DNA of 64,000 bases, taken from an uncultured delta proteobacterium (GTDB lineage Bacteria > Desulfobacterota > Desulfomonilia > UBA1062). Location: positions 32,001 through 96,000 of the forward strand of contig CAVVYZ010000009.1 in assembly GCA_963752595.1 (NCBI GenBank), given 5' to 3'. Made by a program: the position numbers and the translations under genes. Within the stretch, counting starts at the first letter, position 1; every line of letters starts with the position of its first letter. The notes beneath the pieces were generated by a model. The model saw nothing but the letters and a program-made list of their open reading frames with translations, did not search any database and was not told the origin of the DNA. Shown piece by piece: positions 30,680 to 40,896 of this stretch.

Positions 30680-30726
30680 TTGAATTCTGCAGGCTCATCG
30701 CGTATATTAACTGGTAATACCACCAG
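30680..30726 (+). promoter_or_regulatory. Sigma70 promoter with FadR-type operator over the start site
   Basis: TTGAAT-N17-TATATT followed by TGGTAATACCA (30712-30722), matching the TGGT-N3-ACCA FadR-subfamily consensus. Confidence 0.65.
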
Positions 30727-30742
30727 CCATATGGAGACGATC

Positions 30743-31461
30743 ATGAACAGCATGCTGAAACCGCTCAAAGCAGAGAGTCTCAAGGAAGTATTCATCTCGC
30801 GGTTTGAAGACCTGATACTTACCGGAAAGCTCGCCATCGGCCAGAGGCTCCCGCCAGAGCGGGAGCTGGCGGTCCAGCTCGGGGTGAGCAGGCCCGTGGT
30901 GCACGAAGGGCTTCTTGACCTGTCAGTTAAGGGCCTCGTTACCATGAAGCCCAGGGCGGGAACCGTGGTGAACGACTACCGCAAGGAAGGTTCACTCTTC
31001 ATGCTGGAATCCATCTTCAATTTCCGGCGGGGGAACCTCGATCCGGAGCTCATGCGGAGCCTTCTCGAGGTGAGACTGCTCATGGAGGTCGAAACCGCGC
31101 GGCTCGCATCCCGGCACCGCAGCAAGGAACAGGTGAGTGCTTTCCAGGACATTCTCGCACAGGGAAGAAGTAACCGGCAGGCATGATATCGACGGCCTTT
31201 CGGGTCTGGATTTCGAGCTTCACCAGCTGATCGCGCTGGCTTCGGGCAATCTCGTCTATCCGTTGCTTATCAACTCGTTCAAGCCGGTATACACGACCAT
31301 GACCTCAACCTTCTTTTCCGACGCTGCCGTGGTGCCCGAACGTGCATTCTTTCCATAAAAAGCTGGTCGCCGCGATCGAGAGCAAGGATGAGAAAAAGGC
31401 GGCTCGGATAATGACTGAACTGCTTGCCCACGGCGAGCAGCACCTGGTAAGACTGATATGA
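30743..31461 (+). CDS. GntR/FadR-family transcriptional regulator (frameshifts at ~31165 and ~31345)
   Basis: RLPPERELAVQLGVSRPVVHEGL HTH; FCD domain (EVRLLME, DFELH, HKKLVAAI) spread over three frames. Confidence 0.88.
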
Positions 31462-31481
31462 GAGGAAAGAGGAGGTAGGCC

Positions 31482-34003
31482 ATGAGCACGGCCGGATGCA
31501 TTGCAGGAGAAACATTCGGTCAAGGAACCCAAGAACCTCTCGCCGCGCATACAGTGGCTGAGGGATTATTATTTCAAGGGCACCCAGAGGGCGTGGAACA
31601 ACGAGTTCACGGCCTGGAGCACGGGTACGGACTGGGATATCCTCTTCGATGAGATGACCTTCTACATCGTTCCCGAAACATATGCCTTCCTCCAGACCTT
31701 CCGATCCTCCATGCAGCAGGCTGCCCGGAATGTCCAGCTCCACAACGAATTCTGGAAGTGGAGCCTGCCCGAGAGAAAGGCATGGTTCATCAAAGAGGTC
31801 GATGCTGAACTGCGTCCCGCAGGAGATCCTTCCCGGCGACCTCATTGCGGGCGGCCGGTTCAATGTCCAGACTTCCAAATGCTGGACAAAGAAAGAGGCC
31901 GATACGCGCGACAAGCTCATCTACGGCAAAAACGGCGCGCGCGCAGCCATGAAATGGTTCCACGACCACGGCTACGGCAATTCGGGCGCAACCTCGGGGC
32001 ACCTCATCCCCGGCTATGAGCGGGTATTGAAGATCGGATGGAAAGGGATCTACGAGGACATCAGGTCGCATTACGAATCCATGGACACAAAAGGCAAGAA
32101 GGGGCCCAAAGGCGGCCAGCTCCGGGCCATGATGACCGCTGCAACCATGGCCAAGGACCTCGCCTGGAGGTATGCAAGGCTCTGCGAGCGGCTCGGCCAG
32201 GACGAATGGGACGATGTCCGCAAGGACGAGCTCAGCCGGATGGCGAAAAACCTCAAGAGAGTCCCGTGGGAGCCTGCCCGGACGTTCTGGGAGGCGGTGC
32301 AGTCGCTGTGGATCACCCACATGCTCGTCATGAGCGACGAGAATTATCCCGGCCCGGGGGTATCCTTCGGCCGGATCGACCAGTATCTCCTGCCCTACTG
32401 GGAACTTTCGATCTCCGAAGGCATGGACAGGGACTTCGGAAAAGAAATCCTGAAATGTTTCTGGCTCCACGCCAACACGGCCTATGACGCCATGATTCGC
32501 ATCGGCGGAAACCAGGGCATCACGGCCGGCTACGGCCAGCTGGTTACTTTTTCGGGTATGGGTGCGGGCGGCCGCGACATGACCGGCGATCTCACATACG
32601 CCATGCTGGAGGTCGTGGACGAGCTCTCGCCCATCCTGGAGCCCAAACCCAATGTCAGACTCCACAGGGGAAGTCCCGAGAAGCTCATGGACAAGGTAGT
32701 GGACATGATCTCGACGAGCCAGGGATCGCCCTTCCTCCTCAACTTCGACGAGCGGTCCATGGCCGGCATGATGGTGGAGGCAAGAAAGGCCAAGGTGGAG
32801 CATCTCATCCACGAAGACACCGTATTCGACTACGCACCCGTGGGCTGCCTGGAGAATACCATGGCAGGCAACGACCGCTCCGGCACGGTGGACAACAACC
32901 TCAACCTGCTCAAGGCAGTCGAGCTTGCCCTGAATGACGGGAGGGATTTCCACGATTTCCTTGACCCCATCACCGGCAAGCTGGAAAAGGTCAGGCAAGC
33001 CGGGCCTTCTACCGGAAACGCCGCACGGTTCAGGATCTGGGATGATTTCTGGAAAGCCTATGTCCAGCAGACAAGGTTCATCATCAAGCGGTGCGTGGAG
33101 CTCTATGAGAAATCCGAGTCCATCCGGGCGAGATTCTGCCCCACGCCGTACGTCTCCTGCCTTGTCAAGGGATGCGCCGAAAAAGGCATCGATGTAACCC
33201 AGGGTGGCGCAGAGCTCAACTTCACCACGCTCGAGGCCGTGACCTTTGCCACGACCGTGGACAGCCTGCTCGCCATAAAAAGCCTCGTCTACGAAAGGAA
33301 AGAGTGCACGATGAAAAAATTCATCCAGGCACTGAAGGCAAACTGGCAGGGGCATGAGGCATTGCGGGCAAAAGCTACCTTCAGGGCCCCCAAGTACGGC
33401 CGGGACGATGACGAGGCCGACGAGATGGCGCATATGGTCATGAAGCTCTGGTGCGAGGAGACCTGGAAGCACAAGACCTCATCCACGCTCCGGCAGTTCA
33501 GGCCGGGCATGCTCAGCTGGAATTACTGGGTAGGCGACGGGTTTATCCTGCCGGCAAGCCCGGACGGACGGCCCAAGGGAAGGTTCCTGTCAAATGCCAT
33601 CTGCCCGGTGAGCGGTGCGGACATCAACGGCCCCACGGCAAACATGAATTCCGTCGGCAAGGCCCTCGGCGGAAAGGCTGCAAACGGCAAGGGCGACTGG
33701 AAAGAGTTCCTCAACTGCCTCCCGAACGGGGCGAGCCACACCATCTCCATCAACCCGTCCATGCTGAAGAGCAGGGAGCAGAAGGAAAAGTTCAAAGCCT
33801 TCATCAGGGGCTGCATCGAAAACGGCGGAACGTCGCTGCAGATCAACATGGTGGATGCGGCCATGCTCAAAGATGCGCAAGAGAGGCCCGAGGAATACCG
33901 TTCGCTCCTGGTGCGGATCACCGGATACAACGCCTACTTCACGAGCATCGGCCATGAGCTCCAGAACGAGGTTATCGCGAGGATCAGCCATGAATCGTGC
34001 TAA
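31482..34003 (+). CDS. Glycyl radical enzyme of unknown function (frameshifts at ~31495 and ~31800)
   Basis: PARTFWEAVQ, SFGRIDQYL, single-Cys loop VGCLE, PKYG, C-terminal LLVRITGYNAYF glycyl radical motif; SD GGAGGT. Confidence 0.92.
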
Positions 34004-35021
34004 AGGCGACCGCACCGTGAAAAGCGAGGGAGGGACTTTCCCGAGAGGGACGATCTTGAGGATTCAGCGGATGTCCATGGAAGACGGCCCCGGCATCAGG
34101 AGCACGGTCTTTTTCAAAGGCTGTCCATTACGGTGCGTGTGGTGCCACAACCCGGAGAGCATCTCTGTCTCCCCGGAGATTCACTGGGAGGGGCAGAAGT
34201 GCACGGGATGCCTGGGATGCCTGCAGGCCTGCCCCGAACACGCCCTTTCCTCCGGTGAAAACGGCATTGCCGTAGAACGGTCGAAATGCACGGGCTGTCT
34301 CGCCTGCACCGAGGCCTGCCCCGCTACGGCCCTGGAGGCTTATGGGAATACCATGACCACGTCCGGGATCATACGGGAGGTCGTGAAGGACAGGGTGTAC
34401 TATGAGAAGTCCGGCGGCGGGGTAACCCTTTCCGGGGGAGAGCCTTCGCTGCAGCCGGCATTTGCCCGGGCTCTCCTGAAGGAGCTCAAGGAGCAGGGCA
34501 TTCACACGGCGCTCGATACCTGCGGCCAGTGCCGGTGGGATACCCTGGAGCATCTCCTGCCGTATACGGATCTCGTGCTTTTTGACGTCAAGATGATCGC
34601 CCCTGAGCCCCATAAGGAATATACCGGCGTCACGAGCACCCTGATCCTGGAAAACCTGCTCAAGCTCTCCGAGTTCATGGAGAACACCGGCATGCCGGCA
34701 AATCTCTGGATCCGCACCCCGGTCATCCCGAACCATACGGCGAATCCGGCAAACATCCGGGCCATCGGAACCTTCATCAGGGAAAAGCTCATCGGTCAGA
34801 TCGCCAGGTGGGACCTCTGTGCATTCAACAGGCTGTGCACCCACAAGTACGAGGGGCTCGGGATCGAATGGGCCTGCAGGGATCTGGAGCTCGTTGCAGA
34901 AGACGAGATGGAGCGACTCGCCGGCGTTGCGCGCAAGGTCCTGGGGAAAGCGGACATCGTCTTTACGAGCGGCCAGTTACAGAAGCCGCGCTTAAGCCTG
35001 ATCACCGGGGGCAAGGGCTGA
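33990..35021 (+). CDS. Glycyl-radical enzyme activating enzyme (radical SAM with ferredoxin insert)
   Basis: DGPGIRSTVFFKGCPLRCVWCHNPE, two CxxCxxCxxxC motifs, GGVTLSGGEP. Confidence 0.95.
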   Translation: MNRAKGDRTVKSEGGTFPRGTILRIQRMSMEDGPGIRSTVFFKGCPLRCVWCHNPESISVSPEIHWEGQKCTGCLGCLQACPEHALSSGENGIAVERSKCTGCLACTEACPATALEAYGNTMTTSGIIREVVKDRVYYEKSGGGVTLSGGEPSLQPAFARALLKELKEQGIHTALDTCGQCRWDTLEHLLPYTDLVLFDVKMIAPEPHKEYTGVTSTLILENLLKLSEFMENTGMPANLWIRTPVIPNHTANPANIRAIGTFIREKLIGQIARWDLCAFNRLCTHKYEGLGIEWACRDLELVAEDEMERLAGVARKVLGKADIVFTSGQLQKPRLSLITGGKG

Positions 35022-35050
35022 CAGATAACGGGAGGTATTCTTTGGCAAGG

Positions 35051-35899
35051 ATGAAAAAAACAGTGACCAGGTTCGATGAAAAGGACCTGCCGGAATTCGA
35101 GCCCGAGGCCAAGGTGGGCCTCATCGCCACGGTAAGCCCAGACGGCCTTCCTCACATCACACTGATCACGGCGCTGCAGGCAAAGACACCCGAAACGCTC
35201 ATCTGGGGGCAGTTCTCCGAGGGCTTGAGCAAGCAGAACGTGAGAACGAACCCCAAGACGGGCTTCCTCATCATGACGCTGTCCCGGAGCCTCTGGCGCG
35301 GAAAGGCGCTGTGGACCAACTGCGAGACGCACGGTACGGATTACATGATGTTCAATACCAAGCCCATGTTCCGCTACAACGCATATTTCGGGATACACAC
35401 CGTGCACTACATGAACCTTATCGAAACCTATGGAAGGGAAAGCCTGCCCATAGGGAAAATCGTCCTCTCCACACTGCTGACCAGGATGGCGAAATCGCCT
35501 GCACGATCCACGAAAGAAAAGCGTATCCTGAAACCATGGGCTGAAAGATTGTTCAACCGGCTCGACAGCCTGAAATTCCTCTCCATGGTCGATGCCGGCG
35601 GGTTCCCGATCATCATCCCCCTCATCCAGTGCCAGGCCCCGGACAGCACGAGGCTCGCCTTTTCGCCGCGGGCGTACAGGGAGGAGTTCGGGATTCTGAA
35701 ACCCGGTACGAGCGTCGCCGTATTCGGCCTCACCCTGGACATGGAGGATGTACTCGTCCGGGGAATCTTCCGCGGGTTTGAGACATACCGGAATACGAAA
35801 CTGGGCATCATAGACATCGACTGGGTGTACAATTCCATGCCGCCCAAGCACGGCCGGATCTATCCGGAGATTGAGCTTACACCCGTTACCGAGTTCTGA
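35051..35899 (+). CDS. Pyridoxamine 5'-phosphate oxidase-like (split-barrel flavin-binding) protein, two tandem domains
   Basis: LIATVSPDGLPH...SKQNVRTNPK, and a second degenerate repeat FLSMVDAGGFP. Confidence 0.7.
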   Translation: MKKTVTRFDEKDLPEFEPEAKVGLIATVSPDGLPHITLITALQAKTPETLIWGQFSEGLSKQNVRTNPKTGFLIMTLSRSLWRGKALWTNCETHGTDYMMFNTKPMFRYNAYFGIHTVHYMNLIETYGRESLPIGKIVLSTLLTRMAKSPARSTKEKRILKPWAERLFNRLDSLKFLSMVDAGGFPIIIPLIQCQAPDSTRLAFSPRAYREEFGILKPGTSVAVFGLTLDMEDVLVRGIFRGFETYRNTKLGIIDIDWVYNSMPPKHGRIYPEIELTPVTEF

Positions 35900-35989
35900 G
35901 GAACGCACGGCCTTGATATCTTCCGAGAGGGCCTTCCCCGGAAGGGGAAGAAAAGGTCCCGTTCGTCCCTCATCCTCTTAAAGCCGTTC

Positions 35990-37001
35990 CTACCGGATGA
36001 CTTCACCATATGCTTTTGAAAAGGGCTTGAGCTCCTGAAAATCCATGACGGTCGACATTGCCAGATTCTCGGCGCCGAACCCCAGCTCACGGGCGGATGC
36101 CACCGGGTTGAGCCCTCCGAACAGGATCATGCCCACCTTGTTGACATCCACCGGCACCTGGCATACGGGTTCGCCTATCCTGCCCACGGACAGCACGCCC
36201 CGGATTCCCACATCCGAGAGCATATCCACGATCTCGATGGCGCTCTCCCGGCAGATGCCCGTCACTTCGCGGAAATTTGCGAGTATTTTCCCTTCACCCC
36301 TTGTGATGACATCGCTCACAGAGGTCATTTTCGCGCTGATAAAGGCCTCGGAAGGGTCAAGGGACGTGCCGGAATAGTGTATGAGCTCCACGAACCGTAC
36401 CGGCTTCTTGTCCTGCATCTGGAGGATGCCGCCGAACTTCGAGTCCATCGGTATTCCCCGTTTCAGCAGCACGCCGTTGAGAACGATGCTGCAGATCGTC
36501 GCAAACCCGACCTGACCTTCGGGCACGTTCATATCCCCCATGAAATTACCTGCACGGGAGATGCACACGAGGTCGCTGATGCAGAGCCCTGCTTCAAATG
36601 CCTGCTTCATGGCATCAAGGGCATCCGGAAATATCGTTTCCGGGAAAAAAAGAAATATTGACCGGGACCAGACCTTTCCGGCTCTCGAGGTCAAACGTGG
36701 TACGGTATGAGAGCACCTCGATGCGGGAGATGGCATAACCGACCTTGTCCTGCACCCGGGCGTTCCGCAGCTCTTCGATGCCTTTATCGGTGATGACCCT
36801 GCCGTCCCGCCTCCCCACGAGCTCGGTAAGGAGGAGCTCATCCATGTACTGCAGGTGGTAGCGTACAGCGCGCTCGCTCAGGCTGATCCCGTAATCCTTC
36901 ATCTTCCGGGCGATTATCCGCGCGCCGAGAGGCTGCCCGGCCTGATTCAGGACCCTTAAGATGACCATGCTCTTTCTCTCGATATCCTCATGGGAGAACA
37001 T
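35990..37001 (-). CDS. nrpR: NrpR-family (DUF128) transcriptional repressor, frameshift in a T-run at ~36645
   Basis: wHTH PLGARIIA...LSERAVRYHL...ITDKG; NRD domain ATICSIVLNGVLLKRGIP, GTSLDPSE, LANFRE, GGLNPV. Confidence 0.85.
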
Positions 37002-37329
37002 ACACATTCCTTTAAGCGTTGTTTTTTTATAGTACCGTTTCTTCAAAAAGCCATACGTTTCCTTTGTTCTCTCTGTCAATGGAAAGGAACTGTTGCCTCA
37101 AACGGGCTTGCGAAAGGCTCAACCCTTCGGTTTACAAAAAGTGCCTGATCTTACTCCCATGGCATCTTTCAAGGGCTTCACACAGGTTTTGCACATGATT
37201 TGTGGTTGTTTGACACATGCATGCATACGAATTGTGCTACGTTTTTCCCATTACTGTGCGGGTTTTATTGAAACCGGGTTCTGCTGAAATATTGTTTTAT
37301 ATAGACTGATTTTAAAATAGGGGGACGGC

Positions 37330-38889
37330 ATGAGGCTGTTGTTCGTGTATCCGGAGATCCCGGATACTTTCTGGAGCTTCAAGCACGCATTGCGCTTCGT
37401 ATCGAAAAAGGCGGCTTTCCCACCCTTGGGCCTCCTCACTGTCGCCTCCTCTGCACCACGGGGATGGGAGAAACGCCTTATCGATATGAATGTACGGAAG
37501 CTTCGGGATTCGGACCTCCTGTGGGCGGATTATGTCTGCATCAGCGCCATGCTTGTCCAGAAGGATTCCGTTCTGAAGTTGATCGCCAGGTGCAGGCGCT
37601 TAGGCGTAAAAACGATTGCCGGGGGCCCCTATTTCACCACATCCGAAGACAGCGGTGCGGATGTGGACCATCTGGTCCTGGGGGAATCAGAGGTCATCCT
37701 GCCGGAACTGTTCAGCGATATCGCACACGGATCGCAAAAGCACGTGTATGCAACCCTGGATCATCCCGACCTTTCGCTGACGCCTGTCCCGCAGTGGGAT
37801 CTTATCGATTTCCGCGACTATGACTCCATGCTCGTTCAATTTTCCCGCGGCTGTCCCTTTGATTGCGAATTCTGCGATATCGTCATCCTGAACGGAAGAA
37901 GGCAGCGGACGAAATCCCCGGAGCAGTTCATCGGCGAGATCGACTCCCTGTACCGGAAGGGATGGCGGGGGTCGGTTTTCATCGTGGACGATAATTTCAT
38001 CGGTTCCAAGGTCAGGGTCAAGGAGATGCTCCGCTCGCTGGAAATCTGGATGGAAACACATGGGCGGCCCTTCCACTTCTTTACCGAGGCATCCATCAAC
38101 CTTGCCGAAGACGAGGAGCTCATGTCTCTGATGGCCCGTGCAGGCTTCAACAAGGTATTTGTCGGCATCGAGACACCCAACGTGGAGAGCCTGAAAGAGA
38201 CGAATAAATACCAGAATACCAAGCACGACCTTCTCCAGGCGGTGAAGACCATCCAGCAAAACGGGATGGAGGTCATGGGAGGGTTCATCCTGGGTTTTGA
38301 CAACGATCCCGAGACCATCTTTCAAAGCCAGATCGATTTCATCCAGTCAAGCGGGATAACAATGGCCATGGTGGGCATCCTCAACGCACTGCCCGGCACG
38401 AAGCTGTGGAAGCGCCTGAGTACCGAGGGCAGGCTCATCATGGAGAGTACGGGCAACAACACCGCGTTCTCGATCAACTACATCCCGAAAATGGACATCA
38501 AAAAGCTCGCCGAGGGCTACCGCCAGGTCGTGGATACGATTTACTCCCCAGAAGGATATTACCGGAGGTGCCTGACTTTTCTGAAAGCCTATCACCAGAG
38601 AACGGTCTCAACCATCCATATGTCCGGGATCATGGCCTTTTTCAAGAGCTTCTGGAGCCTGGGCATCAGAAATGAAGAAGGTTTCCGGATATACTTCTGG
38701 AAGCTGCTCATCAAGAGCCTTTTCATCAACCCTAAAACCTTCGGTGAGGCTGTGCGCCTCATGATCGTAGGCATCCACTTCCGCAAATCGCTGTGCATGC
38801 CCCGGGGTGCCGGCCCGGAATGGTTCCTGCCTCTGGATGAATCGGGCATCCGGGATCGTTCCCGCCCGTCCTCTCGTTCTCCCTGCTGA
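37330..38889 (+). CDS. B12-binding radical SAM protein with DUF4070 C-terminus
   Basis: PPLGLLTVA, IAGGP, SRGCPFDCEFC, DDNF, GIET, GFD. Confidence 0.9.
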   Translation: MRLLFVYPEIPDTFWSFKHALRFVSKKAAFPPLGLLTVASSAPRGWEKRLIDMNVRKLRDSDLLWADYVCISAMLVQKDSVLKLIARCRRLGVKTIAGGPYFTTSEDSGADVDHLVLGESEVILPELFSDIAHGSQKHVYATLDHPDLSLTPVPQWDLIDFRDYDSMLVQFSRGCPFDCEFCDIVILNGRRQRTKSPEQFIGEIDSLYRKGWRGSVFIVDDNFIGSKVRVKEMLRSLEIWMETHGRPFHFFTEASINLAEDEELMSLMARAGFNKVFVGIETPNVESLKETNKYQNTKHDLLQAVKTIQQNGMEVMGGFILGFDNDPETIFQSQIDFIQSSGITMAMVGILNALPGTKLWKRLSTEGRLIMESTGNNTAFSINYIPKMDIKKLAEGYRQVVDTIYSPEGYYRRCLTFLKAYHQRTVSTIHMSGIMAFFKSFWSLGIRNEEGFRIYFWKLLIKSLFINPKTFGEAVRLMIVGIHFRKSLCMPRGAGPEWFLPLDESGIRDRSRPSSRSPC

Positions 38890-39123
38890 TTTTGCAGTAC
38901 TGGCGGTTACCTGCGGGTACTTCCCTTCCTGCCGGACTTGAAAGTGGTACTTTAGGCTTTCCGCCTTATGGCAATTATTATATATTCTTATGATATTCAT
39001 CTTGGCTTGAGAGGATATCCTTTCCTGCCCCTTAAAAAGGCAGCCGGTTTGAAAGGGGAATACGGGAGCGATCTATGGCAGGGATATCCGATTTCTATGA
39101 TGCTTAAGAAAGGGGGGGAGGAT

Positions 39124-39978
39124 ATGATGCAGTATCGTGAACAGGTGACGGATCTCATCAGGCGGAGGAGATCCTGGAGAAGCTATTCCACCGAGGCCGT
39201 TTCCGCCGAGCAGGTAGGTCAGATCAACAGCTTCATCGAATCACTGGGCCCTCCTCCGTTCGGGACGGCCTTGCGCTTTGCTCTCGTGGATGCCCATGTG
39301 CCGGATAAAAAAAGGATGCCCGGCACCTATGGAATCATCAAAGGGGCCGGGAACATCCTCGTAGGTGCATTGAAACATTCACCCATGGATTTTGAAGATT
39401 ATGGATATTCCTTTGAATCCATCATCCTGTTCTGTACCCAGCTGGGTCTCGGAACATGCTGGATGGGCGGGACCTTCAACCGTTCCCTCTTCGGCCTCAA
39501 AATAGGCCTTGCCTCAGACGAGATCATCCCTGCCGTAAGCCCGGTGGGCAAGCCTCTGGCTGCACGGTCCATCCTTGATTCCCTCTTTGCCCTGAGCGCA
39601 GGATCCAAAGACAGGAAAGCCTTTGGCGAGCGTTTCTTCGCAAATAACCTCTTATCCCCTCTGGATGGAGAGCAGGCAGGCAAGTATCGTGAAGCCCTTG
39701 AGATGGTGCGCCTCGCACCGTCAGCCATGAACAAGCAGCCCTGGCGGGTCGTGTTCAAAGACGGATACTTCCACTTTTTTCTGGCCCGCACGTCGGGATA
39801 CAGTAAAATCTTCTCCGAAGTGGATCTCCAGCGCATCGACTTAGGCATCGCCATGTTCCATTTCGAATCCACAGCCCGGCAATTGCACCTTCCCGGGGCC
39901 TGGCAGAAAATGGATGACTCCCACGGGATCTTCTGCCCCCGCGGTGTGGAATACCTGGTAAGCTGGGTTTTACAGTAG
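39124..39978 (+). CDS. Nitroreductase-family protein (two-domain)
   Basis: RRRSWRSY, LGLGTCWMGG, LAPSAMNKQPW, IDLGIAMFHF. Confidence 0.88.
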   Translation: MMQYREQVTDLIRRRRSWRSYSTEAVSAEQVGQINSFIESLGPPPFGTALRFALVDAHVPDKKRMPGTYGIIKGAGNILVGALKHSPMDFEDYGYSFESIILFCTQLGLGTCWMGGTFNRSLFGLKIGLASDEIIPAVSPVGKPLAARSILDSLFALSAGSKDRKAFGERFFANNLLSPLDGEQAGKYREALEMVRLAPSAMNKQPWRVVFKDGYFHFFLARTSGYSKIFSEVDLQRIDLGIAMFHFESTARQLHLPGAWQKMDDSHGIFCPRGVEYLVSWVLQ

Positions 39979-40062
39979 GGGAATCAATAAAATCTTGGGG
40001 CTGGAATACTGATTCTTTAAGTTCTTTAGGAGCTGTATTTCCCGGATGCCAGGAGGAGAAAA

Positions 40063-40116
40063 ATGAGATACAATGCAAAAATATCAAAAGAGATCCTCTT
40101 TGCACAGAGGGGGTAA
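40063..40116 (+). other. Candidate 17-aa leader peptide ORF upstream of rlmB
   Basis: Strong SD AGGAGGAG, then MRYNAKISKEILFAQRG-stop, overlapping alternative hairpins. Confidence 0.4.
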
Positions 40117-40150
40117 CCTCTTTTCCCAAGCCCTTTAAAGGAGGAAAACG

Positions 40151-40849
40151 TTGGAAATAATCTACGGGAAGAATTCGGTCATGGAAGCCCTCCTTTCGGG
40201 TAGAAGGACTATTTATGAGATCATGACCGCGCGGCAGAATTATGACGACATAGCCGGTGCTGCCGGGAAAGTCCCCGTTCAGACCCTGTCCAGGAAAGAG
40301 CTGGATAAGTTCTCCAAGACGGAGTTTCACCAGGGAATCATTGCAAAGGTATCTCCTTACCAGTATGTCCCGCTTGCCGAGCTCATGGAGAAGCATGTCG
40401 TGGTTCTCCTCGATTCGATCGAGGACCCCCAGAATACAGGCTCCATCATACGAACCGCCTACGGCCTCGCCGATGCAGGAATCGTTATCCCTGAAGACAG
40501 GTCTGCCCAGGTTTCCCCTGCGGTGGTCAAGGCCTCGTCCGGGGCAACCGAGCATGCACTGATCGCACGGGTGAAAAACTTAAGGATGGCGTGCAAGGAA
40601 TTGAAAAAGAATGGATTCTGGATTATCGGCCTGGATGCCCAAGGCCCGATTCCCATAAGCGAAGTGCCGGCATACGACAAAATTGCCCTCATGCTTGGAG
40701 GAGAGAACAGCGGGATCCGGCACGGTCTGGGAAAAGAGGTTGATATCATGGCCCATATCCCCATGAAGGGGTCTTTCAATTCCCTCAATGTTTCGCAGAG
40801 CGCTACCATCGGGCTCTATGAGCTTGCGGTCAGGAGAGCGGCTTCATAA
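40151..40849 (+). CDS. rlmB: 23S rRNA (guanosine-2251-2'-O)-methyltransferase (SPOUT)
   Basis: IYGKNSVMEAL, HQGII, IEDPQNTGSIIRTA, GGENSGI, SLNVS; TTG start with SD AGGAGG. Confidence 0.9.
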   Translation: MEIIYGKNSVMEALLSGRRTIYEIMTARQNYDDIAGAAGKVPVQTLSRKELDKFSKTEFHQGIIAKVSPYQYVPLAELMEKHVVVLLDSIEDPQNTGSIIRTAYGLADAGIVIPEDRSAQVSPAVVKASSGATEHALIARVKNLRMACKELKKNGFWIIGLDAQGPIPISEVPAYDKIALMLGGENSGIRHGLGKEVDIMAHIPMKGSFNSLNVSQSATIGLYELAVRRAAS

Positions 40850-40896
40850 ACATGGAGGGTTGAGCAATCGATTTATACAAAAAATGGAGCATTCCC

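Noticed and set aside
31790-33472. Long antisense ORFs (e.g. 560 aa opposite the GRE, 376 aa opposite serS, 324 aa opposite the SDR)
   Set aside because: Typical shadow ORFs from GC-rich codon usage; no motifs or ribosome-binding sites.
26147-37001. Single frameshifts in cls, the FadR gene, the GRE and nrpR as phase variation
   Set aside because: They lie in short runs or non-repetitive sequence, consistent with base-calling error; cannot be separated from biology without reads.
12451-38889. HpnA-like SDR plus HpnP-like B12 radical SAM as a hopanoid pathway
   Set aside because: They are 24 kb apart, there is no squalene-hopene cyclase or other hpn gene in the window, and both families are broad.
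39010-39095. Structured leader before the nitroreductase with a gaaaggggaatacggg stretch reminiscent of a cobalamin riboswitch
   Set aside because: The remaining conserved elements, including the B12 box, are missing; only generic hairpins are present.
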